A stretch of DNA of 45,867 nucleotides, from positions 23,280,636-23,326,502 of the forward strand of contig NC_068982.1 of the NCBI RefSeq assembly GCF_001194135.2, given 5' to 3'. A program made the position numbers and the translations under genes. This document shows positions 1 through 13,239 of this stretch, piece after piece. Positions within the stretch are counted from its first letter, which is position 1, and each line of letters opens with the position of its first letter. The stretch comes from Octopus bimaculoides (lineage: Eukaryota). The notes under the pieces are model-generated. The model did not search any database. It saw only the letters and a program-made list of their open reading frames with translations, and was not told the origin of the DNA.

Positions 1-19
1 ATATATATATATATATATG

Positions 20-278
20 AAGAAGTAATATTACCGTTATTGAAGGTAATAATAAGGTGGTTAGCAAGTTTACACCTTTGCAGGCATAATATAAGCGTTA
101 TTTAAATCTAGTAGGGTTTTTAAATAGCACTTGCTATTATCGGAGCCATCGCTCCAAAACCACCAGTAACTCACTATTAGGAGACACACAAGCAATGCAA
201 TGAACATAGGAAAACAGGCTTACCTTACGTGGAAAACATAAGTAAGGAATGTGTATTTCAGTATGAATTGATTTCACC
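20..278 (+). repeat. Copy A of an unclassified ~250-390 bp repeat unit
   Basis: Shares blocks such as TTACCGTTATT, GCAAGTTTACA, CACTTGCTAT-ATCGGAGCC, AACAGGCTTACCTT, GTAAGGAATGTGT and AATTGATTT with 405-654. ACCGTTATT recurs at 34 and 421 (387 bp period). Confidence 0.85.
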
Positions 279-404
279 CTCTTTATGACAAAAATACTCT
301 GGGATCATCAGTTGAAAATAACATTTTAACATCTATTTCTGAATTATTCATCACTTTACCCCGTGTGTGTTGTTCACTTTAAACGTCCCCGCGATACTTA
401 AAGT

Positions 405-654
405 CAGTAGAAGTATTATTACCGTTATTAATCATAAAATTAAGATGGCTAGCAAGTTTACATCCTTAGAGTCAAAATATAATAAAAATTTAGATTCAGT
501 AGATTATTTAAGTACCACTTGCTATAATCGGAGCCGTCGCTCCAAAAGCACCAGCAATTCATTATTAGGATACAAACGGGCAATGCGATGAACAGGCTTA
601 CCTTGCGTGGAATACATAAAGTAAGGAATGTGTGTTTCAATATCAATTGATTTT
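405..654 (+). repeat. Copy B of the same repeat, direct orientation
   Basis: Colinear with copy A at roughly 75-80% identity by eye, with a ~11-nt deletion (CATAGGAAAAC region) relative to A and C. Confidence 0.85.
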
Positions 655-669
655 ACATCATACGGAAAG

Positions 670-837
670 TGAAATCAATTGATATTGAAATATAAATTCC
701 TTACTATGTATTCCATGCAAGATAAGCCTGTTTCTCCTATGTTCTTTGTATTGCCGTGTGTATCTTACTAGTGAGTTACTGGCAGTTTTCGAGTGATGAC
801 TCCGATTATAGCAAGTGGTATCTAAATACCCTACTCA

Positions 838-838
<1 letters not shown>
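670..838 (-). repeat. Copy C of the same repeat, inverted and truncated by a (TATC)n tract
   Basis: Its reverse complement reads AGTAGGGTATTTAGATACCACTTGCTATAATCGGAGTC...AAACAGGCTTATCTTGCATGGAATACATAGTAAGGAATTTATATTTCAATATCAATTGATTT, matching A and B. Confidence 0.85.
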
Positions 839-891
<53 letters not shown>

Positions 892-963
892 TTATTTATT
901 TATTTATTATATATGCTTGTATATATATCTATAATTGTACACTATATCTATTTATCTTCCTAT

Positions 964-1006
<43 letters not shown>

Positions 1007-1442
1007 NNNNNNNNNNNNNNNNNNNNNNNNNNNNNNNNNNNNNNNNNNNNNNNNNNNNNNNNNNNNNNNNNNNNNNNNNNNNNNNNNNNNNNNNNNNNNN
1101 NNNNNNNNNNNNNNNNNNNNNNNNNNNNNNNNNNNNNNNNNNNNNNNNNNNNNNNNNNNNNNNNNNNNNNNNNNNNNNNNNNNNNNNNNNNNNNNNNNNN
1201 NNNNNNNNNNNNNNNNNNNNNNNNNNNNNNNNNNNNNNNNNNNNNNNNNNNNNNNNNNNNNNNNNNNNNNNNNNNNNNNNNNNNNNNNNNNNNNNNNNNN
1301 NNNNNNNNNNNNNNNNNNNNNNNNNNNNNNNNNNNNNNNNNNNNNNNNNNNNNNNNNNNNNNNNNNNNNNNNNNNNNNNNNNNNNNNNNNNNNNNNNNNN
1401 NNNNNNNNNNNNNNNNNNNNNATATATATATATATATATATA
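839..1442. repeat. (TATC)n, (TC)n and (TA)n microsatellites around assembly gap 1007-1420
   Basis: Directly visible simple repeats and N run. Confidence 0.95.
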
Positions 1443-1519
1443 TACATACATTCAAAATTACATACACGGACGAACGTGTTGATGCCTAATCTTTCTTGAT
1501 TGCGTGTAATGTTTATAGG

Positions 1520-1660
1520 TTTACACTGACAAACACCTACTTCACCGCCAACAATTTACATATCAAGGCATACACATATCTACAGAAAAGGTTATAGGAT
1601 GAACCCTACATTTATACACCAATAATTTTCGACGTATATAAACGTCATCATGGGACGTTA
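1520..1660 (+). mobile_element. Possible highly decayed Penelope-like RT fragment
   Basis: Frameshifted translation LTNTYFTANN...YLQK...TYINVIMG loosely resembles the Penelope L..NYF.FN..YLQ..G.AMG...RYIDDI region. Weak. Confidence 0.25.
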
Positions 1661-2399
1661 ATGTCTTTAAAATTCCACAGCTAGCAGTAATATAGCTAAT
1701 ATTATCGCTGATAACAAAACACATGCATTTTGTTTCTATTATAGTATTACAACAGCAAAATCTCAACACATCTTTGTTTAGCTCACACCGCAGACACACA
1801 CTCTGTAGCTGTTTGTTCCTCCCTGTATCTGTAGCATTTCATATAATACGTCTTTACACATGACACAACTCAGAATGTATTTCGATATCAGATAACAAAA
1901 GTTTCAAGCTATTAAATCTTACTTTATAGAAAATTATCTCCGACCTCTCAAATAATTACAGTTTGAAAATGTTTAGTAGCGTATAAGTAGAGAGACAATT
2001 CTAAATTGCATAATACCACTGGAATCTTGTCACACTGCCAATCAAATAACTCGTCATATCATGTTCATATTGCTTCGGAAATCTTTAATATACCTGAGAT
2101 TATATTGTAGTGCATCGCTTAAATCCTACGTATGCTTAAGTAATGCTATGCATCGATCCAGATTTTTTACAGCTGAGATTATTATTATTTGCTTATTAAA
2201 AAGTGATGCTGATGGCCCCAACAGACCAAATGGAAAAGGCGTTGCTCCAGATGATGAGGTCCGAGATGCGATGTGGACCAGTTTCCTTGTGTAATATTGG
2301 TTTATGTGAGTAAATGAGCTCCAATATTTTACAGTTGTTTTTCCATTAATATTATAAGAAAATGGCAAATGTTATAATTATTATTTAGGTTTTTCTAAT

Positions 2400-2615
2400 G
2401 CGGCGAGCTGGCAGAATCGTTAGCACGCCGGGAAAAATGCTTAGCGGCATTTCGTTTCTCTTTCCGTTATGTTGAAATTACCCCGAGGTCGATTTTGCCT
2501 TTCATCATTTCGGGTTCGAGAAAATAAGGACCAGTTCAACACTGGTTTCGATATAATCGACATAACTCCTACCCTGAAATTGTTGTCGTTGTGCCAAAAT
2601 TTGGAAACATTATTT
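2400..2615 (+). mobile_element. tRNA-derived SINE, family A (octopus-type)
   Basis: Head GGCGAGCTGGCAGAATCGTTAGCACGCCGGG (A-box-like), body GAGGTCGATTTTGCCTTTCATC, tail GTGCCAAAATTTGGAAAC. Homologous copies at 24055, 24218, 28790, 33920, 42810 and 45232. Confidence 0.85.
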
Positions 2616-3619
2616 ACAGATTTCTTGATCTAACAAACCTATGATCTAAACGTGTTTCAGGTGTGTCTCACCTGCTTTGAAGTTTTAATATCTATGCATT
2701 AATAGCGTTAAAATGTTAAAATGTTTAATGTAGAACACATTAAAATGGCAACTATAAATATTTATGTAACAAGAAAAAAGACAAATCTTATTAGCCAGAG
2801 ACAAAAAATATTTACATTTAGTTTTTTTCAACAAGCATAAGAAGAATTACGAATGTATTGCTAAATAATTCTGAACGAATCAGCGAAGAATAGCGTTGGT
2901 GTTGCTTGGTCGTAAAATGACGAATGCAATGAAAGTATCGATGACTTTAATTACATTATACCAAATCATATATTGGATTGTGTAGGAGTAGAATCATTTG
3001 AAGATTAACAAAATATGAACAGTTAGCCGAATGAAAATTTGTGTAAACGCAATTTCTATCGAGAATATCTATAAGTTACCTATGTGTGTGCGTGCTTGTT
3101 TGCACGTGTGTGTACGTGTGCACCGTGCGTGTGTGCGTGTGTGTGCATAAGGCAGAAGCTTGAAATCCTTAGTATTCCTCCACTGTATGCACGAGAAGGA
3201 ATGATATAAACCTAAATATTAGAACGGAAAGATTTTAATTTCTGTAAAGAAATTCATCTAATTTCCCATCGTTTCTATTAAATCATTGTCCATTCAAAAT
3301 TCAACTTCCACCGTGGTAGATACTATGTGGCATATCGAAACACTAGAAGGAGCAGCCGATACTTCTTCACACACTTGAATATTAGAATACCACATCTCTT
3401 AAAAGATGGTTACGGTTCATATACTCTTTTTTTATCTGAAGTGCGCTCGATCTGTGTTGCCATTTTGCTAAACGTAACAGAAGAACAACAGTGAAGTTGT
3501 GTACTAACAAGAGGCAATGTGCTCTGTGAATCAACTTGTCCTCAAGTCTCTCAAATATTACTCTCATCTTCAAGGGAAGAAAATAAGATACTAATGTTGT
3601 TACGCATTATCAAAGGAAC

Positions 3620-3880
3620 GCCAGTGAGCTAAGAGAAAAGCTGGATATAAGGGGAATCAGTTGTAGCAAGATAAATATCTGTGCAGGTTTGGTCATGTGG
3701 AAGAATTCTTTGGTTTACGGTAGATAAAAGAATTATCGAGTACTAGAAGTGGAGTGTACTTGTGGGCAAGTTATGAAGACAGGGAATGAAATATGAAATA
3801 TGAACACAAGAAGCTGAATAACAAAGAACCATGACAAATTGTGACAAATGCATTGGAGAAGAATCGCAGAGCCTTACAAC
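3620..3880 (+). mobile_element. RTE-clade LINE 3' fragment (decayed)
   Basis: Translates across frameshifts as ELREKLDIRGISC...FGHVEE...LEVECTCGQVMKTGNE, resembling the RTE ORF end (ELR..L...I...RRL.WFGHV.R...L.V.G.R.RGRP.KTW.E). Confidence 0.6.
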
Positions 3881-4419
3881 TATGGAATTAATGGGTGTTT
3901 AAATGAGGGAGGTGGTGTTGTTTATGGTGTGTAACATATCTACATTTGGAACCCTTTTCCATTGTTTTCTTGTTAAGTAACAAAGTTTTCTTGTTACTTT
4001 TTTTTATTATCCAACCACATGAGTAAAGAAGAATGGTTCTGGATCTGTATGCATTCATTCCTTCTACTTCATCTCTCAAATTCCCTCGAATTACGTTAAC
4101 TGTATAATGAGCGATAGCCTAAAGTCAGTCGGTATAATCTATCTATTAACCATCTGTTAAATTCGCCGTTGTTATTGTCACACCTAAGTCTTCCCTTATA
4201 CTAATGATTGCTATACATCACTCACTCGCATATCTCTGCTGATATCATTCACTCGTCCTGAATCAATTTATATCTCACCAATTACATCTCATGAATAAAT
4301 TAACAAAACTGTATACTGACTCATCACATTAAGATCTTCATGAAAGATTATTTACTATCAAACACGAACTCATGGCGCTGAACGAAAATCATCACTATCG
4401 CAAGCGAATTTTTGAACGA

Positions 4420-5640
4420 GCCTGTATTAATCAACTGTTTGCTTCTAACCGACAGACATTATAGAGAAAGCTACGTACGGAAAATATTACCGTTAAGAAA
4501 GTTTTTTCTCAAGATCTTGAAACATTCTGGTTGAAATTCTGGAAAAGAAAATGAGATTTCAAACTTAATAAACCGCGGCTAAATATAGGTAAGGAGAAGA
4601 TAGTGTATCAACGTAAACAGTAAAACACACACAATTGCCCCGGAAATTTTCACCATAGCGTAGGCAAGCTGCATAATGGAAAGAGCACCTGTTAAAGACC
4701 TATTAGTTGGATGTCGACACAAAAGGCTGATATTTTACTTATACTACTAATATATATTATCAAAAAACAGTATGGAAGGTCGGATTGACATACCAAACTG
4801 GTTTGCTATAGCACGGATGAATCTTGCAGAGAAGAATGAAACGACCGAATTCACAGAAAACAATTGGCCCATTGGTTGCTTAAATGGTATGTTCAAACTC
4901 TACAACAACTGTCACAAACAATGTCTCCATGACTGTTGCGAGCCCAACATAGTGACTGACGAAGAGGCCGTAAGAAAAAAAAAGGAGTGTGGGGATATGT
5001 GACGAATCATTTCTGATAAAGAAAGCACTATCCACAGAAGTAAAAAAAATAAAGAAACGTAGCAAGTTGACAACAGATTGGCTTGAGTGGGAAGGCATTC
5101 ACCTCTAGTCCCACTTAGGGCTACTGAAGTGCCTATGTTTGGAAAAATGTCTGCTATATTAATTCTGCCATTAAGAAGTCGATAAAAGCCTGGGCAACAC
5201 TTCTGACACATAGAACTTAGAGTGGGAAAATGTCGTCAATATTATAATACTTCAAAGGGAATATTTGGAGGAGATGGATTTTCTGTTATACTCTTCATTT
5301 TAGCATTGAATCAATTATCGTACTGGTTACAAAAATAAAGTAGCTACATGCTAAGGTTTGCAATTGCTAGAGATATGTAACCCATAATTTATTCGTGGAA
5401 TCCTCGGGATTTATGCTAATAGTATTAAAAATGCAGAAAAACTTTTGAAACAACATTTTGAGGTTGCATCAGAATGGAATTTCGCCAAAAGAAATGTTTA
5501 TATGTGAATGTTAAAAGTGGAAAATCAGCAACCCCCACTAGTCACATACCTGTGCATCAATGACCACACAATGTCTCATGTGCTACAAAGACTGCTACAA
5601 GAATGCAGGCAATGTTGAAACCATATCAAATAAAGGTAGC
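4420..5640 (+). mobile_element. R4/Dong-like non-LTR retrotransposon relic (RT domain, disrupted)
   Basis: Motifs in order: NQLFASNRQTL..ETFWLKFW; ERAPVKDLLVG (cf. WKAPG.D); IPNWFAIARMNLAEKNETTEFTENNWPIGCLNGMFKLY (cf. P.WL..GRT.LIPK...NYRPITCL...YKL); WL...KAFTSVP (cf. W.DY.KAFDSVPH). A possible C-terminal CLMC...ETIS knuckle lies near 5570-5625. Many stops and frameshifts. Confidence 0.75.
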
Positions 5641-5947
5641 ATGGATAAAGATAAAACAACCCGAGAATACTCTCCAAGATTTAGAAAAGTATAGCAGTTG
5701 GAACTCTCCTCTTACATATGTATGTATGTGTGTGTGTGTGTGCGATACTTTTTGAACGTAATATTGCGTTGGAACAGCAGAAATAATGAGCAAATTACCC
5801 TTATAAGACGGAAAACATGTTATCAACAATCAACCATGAGTATTTGTTGACACCTTTTTCCCGTTCTAAGGTTAATTTACCCTTTATTTCTGTTCTTCTA
5901 ACGTTCGAAAATATATCACCTTCTTGTTTTTATCGTATATATACATA

Positions 5948-6056
5948 CAAACACGCACACACACACACACACACGGACACACACACACACACGGACACAC
6001 ACACAGACACACACACGGACACACACACGGGCACACACACGGACACACACACGGAC

Positions 6057-6110
<54 letters not shown>

Positions 6111-6121
6111 NNNNNNNNNNC

Positions 6122-6177
<56 letters not shown>
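5948..6177. repeat. (CA)n microsatellite with interspersed CGGA variant units; 10-N gap at 6111-6120
   Basis: Directly visible. Confidence 0.95.
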
Positions 6178-6178
<1 letters not shown>

Positions 6179-6949
6179 TATATAAAGAAATACATTCATT
6201 GGCACAAATATCATTGACTACTAAACTTAAGTCTTCGTATGAATTGTTTTCTTCAAGTCGTTAGATACAAATACAGCATATATTTCAATGAAAACCAAAC
6301 TTGAAGAAAAAAATAGTAAAATTTAGTAACATTGGAAAGAATAAAGACTCGTGTTTTGAAAACCATCATCGCATCGAGATAAAAATCATATAAGAGAATA
6401 AATGATAAAACTCAACGATAAAAGCACAAAACATTAAAAACTGTTCGTTGTAAAAACTGCATGCCACTTCGATGGAGTTATTTCAATTTGACTTTGAAAT
6501 GAAAGAAAGAATTATGAAATTATATATTTGAAATATCAACAATCATATGTTGAAACAAAAGATGAATATAAACTAAATATTTTATTTGACGACAGTGAGT
6601 AGTAAAACTACCACCATCACCGATGCCATTGCAACCGCCACCACCAAAACAACAATAACAATTATAAGCACCATAATACTATCAACGTCAAAAACTGAAT
6701 CTATATAAACGGGCTGTAACATCAATAATGGTAATCCAAGAAAAGAATATATACAAAAATGAAATTGACTGTTATAGAGAAAGCATTATGAAAAGGAGAG
6801 AAAGAAGAAGAAAAAAATGTTATGATTAAATACAAATTATATTTATGATTTGTGGAAAGAAAATAAAAATAAACTTATTCTATGACCAAAATAATTGAGA
6901 TATCAAAGGAGATATCTAGGAGATAAACAATCAGGTGAAGAAAACCGAA

Positions 6950-7050
6950 GATAATAATTAAACAACAAAAACAACAACAATAACAAAAAGAAGAATAACA
7001 ACCACAACAACAACAACAACGAAAACAACAGCAACAAATGAAAAACAAAA
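6950..7050. repeat. (AAC)n degenerate trinucleotide repeat
   Basis: Directly visible. Confidence 0.85.
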
Positions 7051-7244
7051 AAAACAGATGAGTGAATGGAAAGATAAATTTAATTAGGCATAAAAATATC
7101 AGATAAAAAAATCGGTGGAAATCTTTCTATTTGTTTAATACTTGCTATGATGTATATGAAATAGTTGTGAGAATCAAGGTTAACCCAATGAACTGTCTGC
7201 AATATGAAGTACTTTATGTTTTTCACGTTAGAGAATTTTTGTAT

Positions 7245-7366
7245 ACATACATAAATACATACATACATATATACTCACAAACACAAGCACCCACAAACTC
7301 ATGCATACATACATATACGCTTACATACTTATATATATATATATATATATATCATTCTGTATTATA

Positions 7367-7413
<47 letters not shown>
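7245..7413. repeat. (TACA)n/(TA)n microsatellites
   Basis: Directly visible. Confidence 0.9.
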
Positions 7414-7416
<3 letters not shown>

Positions 7417-8049
7417 TGCTTACCACTTCATTTATATCGACTTTGCTTTGAATAGTTACTGAGAGAATTGGTCAAACAGAGTTCGTGACTCTATTATTTC
7501 TGTCATTGCTTCAGTTCGTATAAACTCAGCATTGAAATCTAATGAAAATACGTTTAATATATAACACTACTGCAATGAACTGTACCTACTTAGCCATTGT
7601 ATTTGCTTATAATTTTTGGGATGGAGCCAGCATTAGTTAAGTTTCATGTTGTTATTGCTGTTGCTGTTGTTTGTGGTGGTTATGATGTGAAGCTTATTTT
7701 GTTGCAGTTGTTATTATCGTTGGTGTTGTTGGTGATGTTTTTTCTAGTCTTGATAAGATCTTTGATGAAATGCATTCCAGCAATAACAATCATGATTTTT
7801 CTAGTATATAGAAAACTCTATTTATCTAATATTAGACTCGCTTTTTCAGATGATTGAACTTTGATAAGGAGCTGATTGCCTGCTATGTCTAGTACGTAGA
7901 ATTAACACACTGACTATCACTTATAGAGTTGATAAATGTACTGTTGATTTACATTTGCCGTATTACTCATAATAAACTAATATATTTTGAAGACAGAACT
8001 TTTGTCCTCATAACCTGAGAAACAACATACCTCATTGAAATCACATTTG

Positions 8050-8320
8050 GAAATCTAGAGACACTGAAGAGATATCCAGCATGACATGGGTAGTGTTAGA
8101 TAACGCAAGCATGAAAGGATAGACCAAATTATCAAAGAGAAGCTACAGACTGTCTGCCATCTTCTGAAAATCTAACATAAAAGAAACAACTTTCGACTTG
8201 TCAGCCAATTCCTGCATTCAACTTGAAGAATCGCGAAAAACAAAACGAAAAAAAAAAACAATACCATATAGAATTGGAGAGCCAGTGTTGTATGATGCTA
8301 ACACCCTCACCTACCATCTT
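8050..8320 (+). mobile_element. Possible RTE-X/LINE RT-downstream remnant
   Basis: IGEPVLYDANTLT resembles VE.VLLYG.E.WTLT, with upstream TWVVL resembling AW.AL. Very degenerate. Confidence 0.2.
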
Positions 8321-10029
8321 ATCACTTTCAAACACCAAACACGCTGCTTATGTCACTTAATGTAACACACATACTCATATATAGATACATACAAGCATAT
8401 ACATATATATATATATATATACTCGTCATTGAACGTTAGTGTGTTTAGATGAATATGTATATTTATATGTACATTAATGTGCTGTACACTTTTATGCTTC
8501 TGCGAATATGAAAATATGAAAGAAACATTTAAGATAAGGAACATATCATACTTGCATAGCTTTTTATGTATCACATCTGCCACTTAAAATTATTGATTCT
8601 TTCCTATTGTTTTTCGGATGAAAATGTAGTATGTACTTCTAATACATCAAAGAGATGTTCAGTAAAGATTTCAGAAAAAATATTCTGTAAGCCTGACCGT
8701 GGTAACTGTGTCTGAAAACATGGTCTTTGAAATTTTTGATTTGTGTTGTAGTTTAATCCCAAACCAGCCTTATCCAGCAGACCTGTGTTCAAAGCCCTTC
8801 CAGTTATGAGAATCTCGTTATTTTTTTCGTATATCTTAGATTAAATTATGTAACGTCTCCTTCCCTTTTTTTTGACGATACTATGTAAATTTCAGAGGAA
8901 TGGGCCACAATTTGAAACAGGCTGCTTGCCTTTGCAGAGGTTCTCATTCGCTTCTAAGCTTTTACGATCAAATTTGAAATCAGTAGTGTGCCCGCTGGTC
9001 ACATGTGCACTGTGATTCAATATGTTTGTATCTATTCCGCGTTAGGTGCGGGACACAAGAGAACTCACTGATAACATGTGAACCATTATATCTGATCTTG
9101 ATAGTCTAAAAGATTCGAGTGCAAAACACGTTTCTCTTGGACAAAATTTGTACGAAACTAAACTACTATGTTATATTTTCTGCTTGAGCAAGTCTCATAA
9201 ATGAAAACGCGTGCAACAGAGACTCAACCAGAAAACATCTGTGACAATGCTGACCTATGCCAAGAATTGAGATTTCTTTAATAATTCTGATCATGCAAAA
9301 TCACAGTAACATAAGCCTTCTGGGCAACAGACAGTATACAAAAGAATTTGAAACCACGTGACAAATTAATTTAACGAAGAACTATACACAGTTCTTTGAG
9401 ATATTTTTCGTGTCTCATTTGTCATCTTAAATTTTCTATCATAGATCTTCATTTCAATGATGGCAGCGATAATGCATTTTAAGCACGATATAATTGTAAA
9501 CTACAATCACTTGCTTATATGTTACTTTGTTTCTCAAAGTTAAATACGTTTCCCCATATCATGTTTGACATTTCTATAACAATTTTGAACAGTCGTTATT
9601 GCAATACAAATTTAAAATTAATATGACCGAACATGAAATACATAAATAGATTAAAAACACGACCAATATATTTTTGAAATTGTATCATGCATCTATTTGC
9701 ATGACATTTCTCCTCCCTAACATTTATATATATCTCATCTCTTCCACTTTCAATTTTATACATACTGCCTTCCCCATCCTATGCATCAAATCTATCCATT
9801 CTTTCCTGACTTTATCCCTATTCTTTTTCCATTTGTTCACACCGAAGCTGCATAATTGCGTAGAAATCATTGTTAGAAATAGCATGCTTCATTCCTGGCT
9901 GTTGTGTAAAAGAAACTGCGCCGTCAAGTGCTTACAATGAGTTTTACATATTGTATAACATAGCAGAACAGTCGAGGTTAGAGCAGATATCCATCAAGCG
10001 TGTGAACAATTAAATATCGACTCAGAATT

Positions 10030-10189
10030 CTATTATTGTTCTTGCAGTTGTTGTTGTTGTTGTTGCTGCCTCTACTGGTGTTCCTTCTGTTGTTATTGTT
10101 ATTGTTGTTGTTGTTCTCCTTCTTCTTGTTCTTCTTATTCTACTACTACTTCTCCTCCTCCTGCTCATCATTATTATCTTGATCATCAC

Positions 10190-10260
<71 letters not shown>

Positions 10261-10267
10261 CCATCAT
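10030..10267. repeat. Compound (GTT)n/(CTT)n/(CAT)n trinucleotide repeat next to gap 10268-10658
   Basis: Directly visible; it generates the poly-M, poly-D and poly-I ORFs. Confidence 0.95.
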
Positions 10268-10658
10268 NNNNNNNNNNNNNNNNNNNNNNNNNNNNNNNNN
10301 NNNNNNNNNNNNNNNNNNNNNNNNNNNNNNNNNNNNNNNNNNNNNNNNNNNNNNNNNNNNNNNNNNNNNNNNNNNNNNNNNNNNNNNNNNNNNNNNNNNN
10401 NNNNNNNNNNNNNNNNNNNNNNNNNNNNNNNNNNNNNNNNNNNNNNNNNNNNNNNNNNNNNNNNNNNNNNNNNNNNNNNNNNNNNNNNNNNNNNNNNNNN
10501 NNNNNNNNNNNNNNNNNNNNNNNNNNNNNNNNNNNNNNNNNNNNNNNNNNNNNNNNNNNNNNNNNNNNNNNNNNNNNNNNNNNNNNNNNNNNNNNNNNNN
10601 NNNNNNNNNNNNNNNNNNNNNNNNNNNNNNNNNNNNNNNNNNNNNNNNNNNNNNNNNN

Positions 10659-10695
<37 letters not shown>

Positions 10696-11409
10696 GTATA
10701 TATATATATATGTGTGTGTGTAAATACATACATGAATATGTTCACGTATATACGAATAAAAGAATAAAAAATAGAGATGATGCAACATCTATCATCACTA
10801 CCGCCTCCATCACTGTCTACCGCAACAATAACATTGTATAAATTGTAAAAAATTATGAGAAAAATGCTCTTCATAGATGCATGACTGAATAAATTGACAT
10901 GGTATTTTCTAGCAGGCTGGAAAAAAAATTGCTTCACCGATTCCTTCTTTCTCACTCCCATTACTCTTCTCCTAATCTAAGTTGTTTTACTTCTTTATAA
11001 ATTTGATTCTCCAGTCATTGCTTGTTTTTCTTTCTTCATTTGCCATTTTTTCCAACTTCTTTTTCGTTTATAGTGTCTTATAAATTGCGTTTTGTCATTT
11101 TGAATACATGTCTTATTTTTTTCTTACTTCTGCATACCTCTTTATGTCAATTTTATTTTTTCCCATCTAAAACGTATTCACTTCTAATGCGAATATATTC
11201 ACTTCAAGTACACAGAATTTTTTTCTTATTTCTTGACCCATCATCTGAGCTATTAGAGCATTCCAGTCACACACATAGTCAGATATAAACCTGTGGCAGT
11301 TTTTGCAATTATGAACGGATATTCCCCCATATGAAACATTCTGCTATTGGTAAATGGTCGAACAATTAAATTACTGGTAAGTGAAATGCGTTTTGCACCA
11401 TATACATAC

Positions 11410-11513
11410 CACACACGCGAGCGCACACACACAAGCACACACACACTTGTATATATATGTATATATACACACTCACATATACATATACGTGCATATATAT
11501 ATATATATATATA

Positions 11514-11575
<62 letters not shown>

Positions 11576-11601
11576 TATATGTATAAATATATATATGAAC
11601 A

Positions 11602-11679
<78 letters not shown>

Positions 11680-11775
11680 GAAATAAGTATATATTTGTAT
11701 GCACGCACACATATAAACACACACACGCACGCACATATATATATATATATAGATACGTACATACACGCACGCGTT
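11410..11775. repeat. Compound (CA)n/(TA)n/(TG)n microsatellite block
   Basis: Directly visible. Confidence 0.95.
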
Positions 11776-12184
11776 ACACTTCTCAAACCTTCGTGTATAC
11801 TTCCTATCCAATATGTGGATATCTTTATGATATAATATCAGCCATCTTATATAACTGAGTGATTTATTCTTTTGCAAATCAAATTCCTCTTCAATTTTAC
11901 GCTATAGTAATTTCTCATATTTGTTTTTTCAGTTTTTAAATGTATTAATTAATTCAGCAACAATTCAATGTAAAATCCCTCTATATTGTTCCGAATCTGT
12001 CAGTTTGGAACAAAAAAAGAAAAGAAAAATTACGTTTCTAAGGAAAGTAAATGGAAATGACAACAATGAGACAGAGCAAACCTACTACTACGAACAAATT
12101 ATAAGAGGCATTACAGCTGCTTTTAATCAATGAATGCAAACATAAGGAAATTTGAACCAATATTAAAAAGCAAACAAAAAAGAA

Positions 12185-12340
12185 GCAGTCCTGGCTGGGT
12201 GGTTTAGAATTTCTGCTTGCAACGACATGAATTTAGGCTCAGTCTCACTACGCAGTACCATGGATACATTGCTTCTACTGTAGACCCGAACCGACAAAAT
12301 TACGTAAATTTAGTTGACGGAAACTGTATTGAAGCTCTTC
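12185..12340 (+). mobile_element. Old, diverged copy of SINE family B (5' half)
   Basis: GGCTGGGTGGTTTAG...GGCTCAGTCTCACTACGCAGTACCATGG...TTCTACTGTAG...GTTGACGGAAACTG aligns with the heads of 33112 and 38485. Confidence 0.7.
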
Positions 12341-12889
12341 CTACTTATTATTTTTGTGGCAGTGTATGTGTAGGTTGTATAAATTTATGTTTTACATTCT
12401 TACTTACCCGTTTTCAACTGGTATTGTCTTATACCTAGGATGACGCCTGTTAAAACAGTAAAAGTGGTATGAAACCTTGCTTTTGGTAAATACCGGTCAG
12501 TTTCAAAGTCTGAGCTCTTCAAGGTTGTGCTGCAGCAGTGCTTGAGTTCAATGATTGGAGTGCAAGGCAAAAATAAACGAATTATTAAAGGAAAATCGAC
12601 AAGGCAGTGCGCCAGTATGTCTGCTGTCCAACGACTGAAATAATTAAGCGGTAAACATCTAAGTAATATCACCAAAGAAAAAAATACACACAAGAAAAAA
12701 ATTATGGACTCTCTCAACGAAGACGACATACGAGGGTTCAAGTTCTGCTGAACAACCTACACAAATGATTTATTTAGAGTGCTCAACTGCTCGTTCTGCT
12801 CATTAGCTCACTGTCTCCATCAAATTGATGTTGTCTGAACAGGTGTAAGGTGTACCAGGTGCCAGGTGTCGAAGTGATGGCAAAACATG

Positions 12890-12968
12890 AGATGAAATAT
12901 TTCACACAAGATCACACCTGGACTAGGAACTGAAGCTACGATCTTCCCATCGGGAGTAGAGCACTCTG
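12890..12968 (-). mobile_element. Diverged SINE head fragment (family C-like)
   Basis: Reverse complement AGAGTGCTCTACTCCCGATGGGAAGATCGTAGCTTCAGTTCCTAGTCCAGG...ATATTTCA resembles the head at 18915. Confidence 0.4.
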
Positions 12969-13239
12969 ATGACTATATCGCGTCGCTTCCATCCAACATC
13001 TCTTCGATTGTTTGATGTGTAATATTGACTGTATTCTTTTTTTTTTGCCTAATCATGCTTGTTAATTCAGTTTTTGCTCTATTCCACACCATTGCGACAT
13101 CAGTCTTGTTTTCTATGAGGACACAATAATCGTCCTTCACGCGGACATTCAAATATACTTCTGAAAGAATATACACCAGTCGTCCCCTGACGTAACTTAT
13201 CCCGTTAGAATGATGCATATTCAAATAGATAGAACGAGA

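Noticed and set aside
756-1499. Long ORFs spanning N-gaps and microsatellites (also 10022-10961, 20749-21306 and 34084-37370)
   Set aside because: They are open only because N runs and dinucleotide repeats lack stop codons.
2172-2310. GC-balanced stretch with a ttttttacag acceptor and a GTGAGT donor (frames ..DADGPNRPNGKGVAPDD.. or MAPTDQMEKALLQMM..)
   Set aside because: Stops in all frames between the sites and no recognisable protein family. It remains a possible non-coding exon but is unsupported.
8895-8960. ACLCRGS resembling a RING-CH motif
   Set aside because: The other Cys/His ligands are missing and there is no usable exon structure.
11280-11380. DINLWQFLQL (ETS-like) on plus and [10 protein letters not shown] (C2H2 linker-like) on minus, with a GTAAGT donor at about 11376
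   Set aside because: The ETS-like frame stops immediately and the zinc-finger Cys/His spacing is absent; chance matches.
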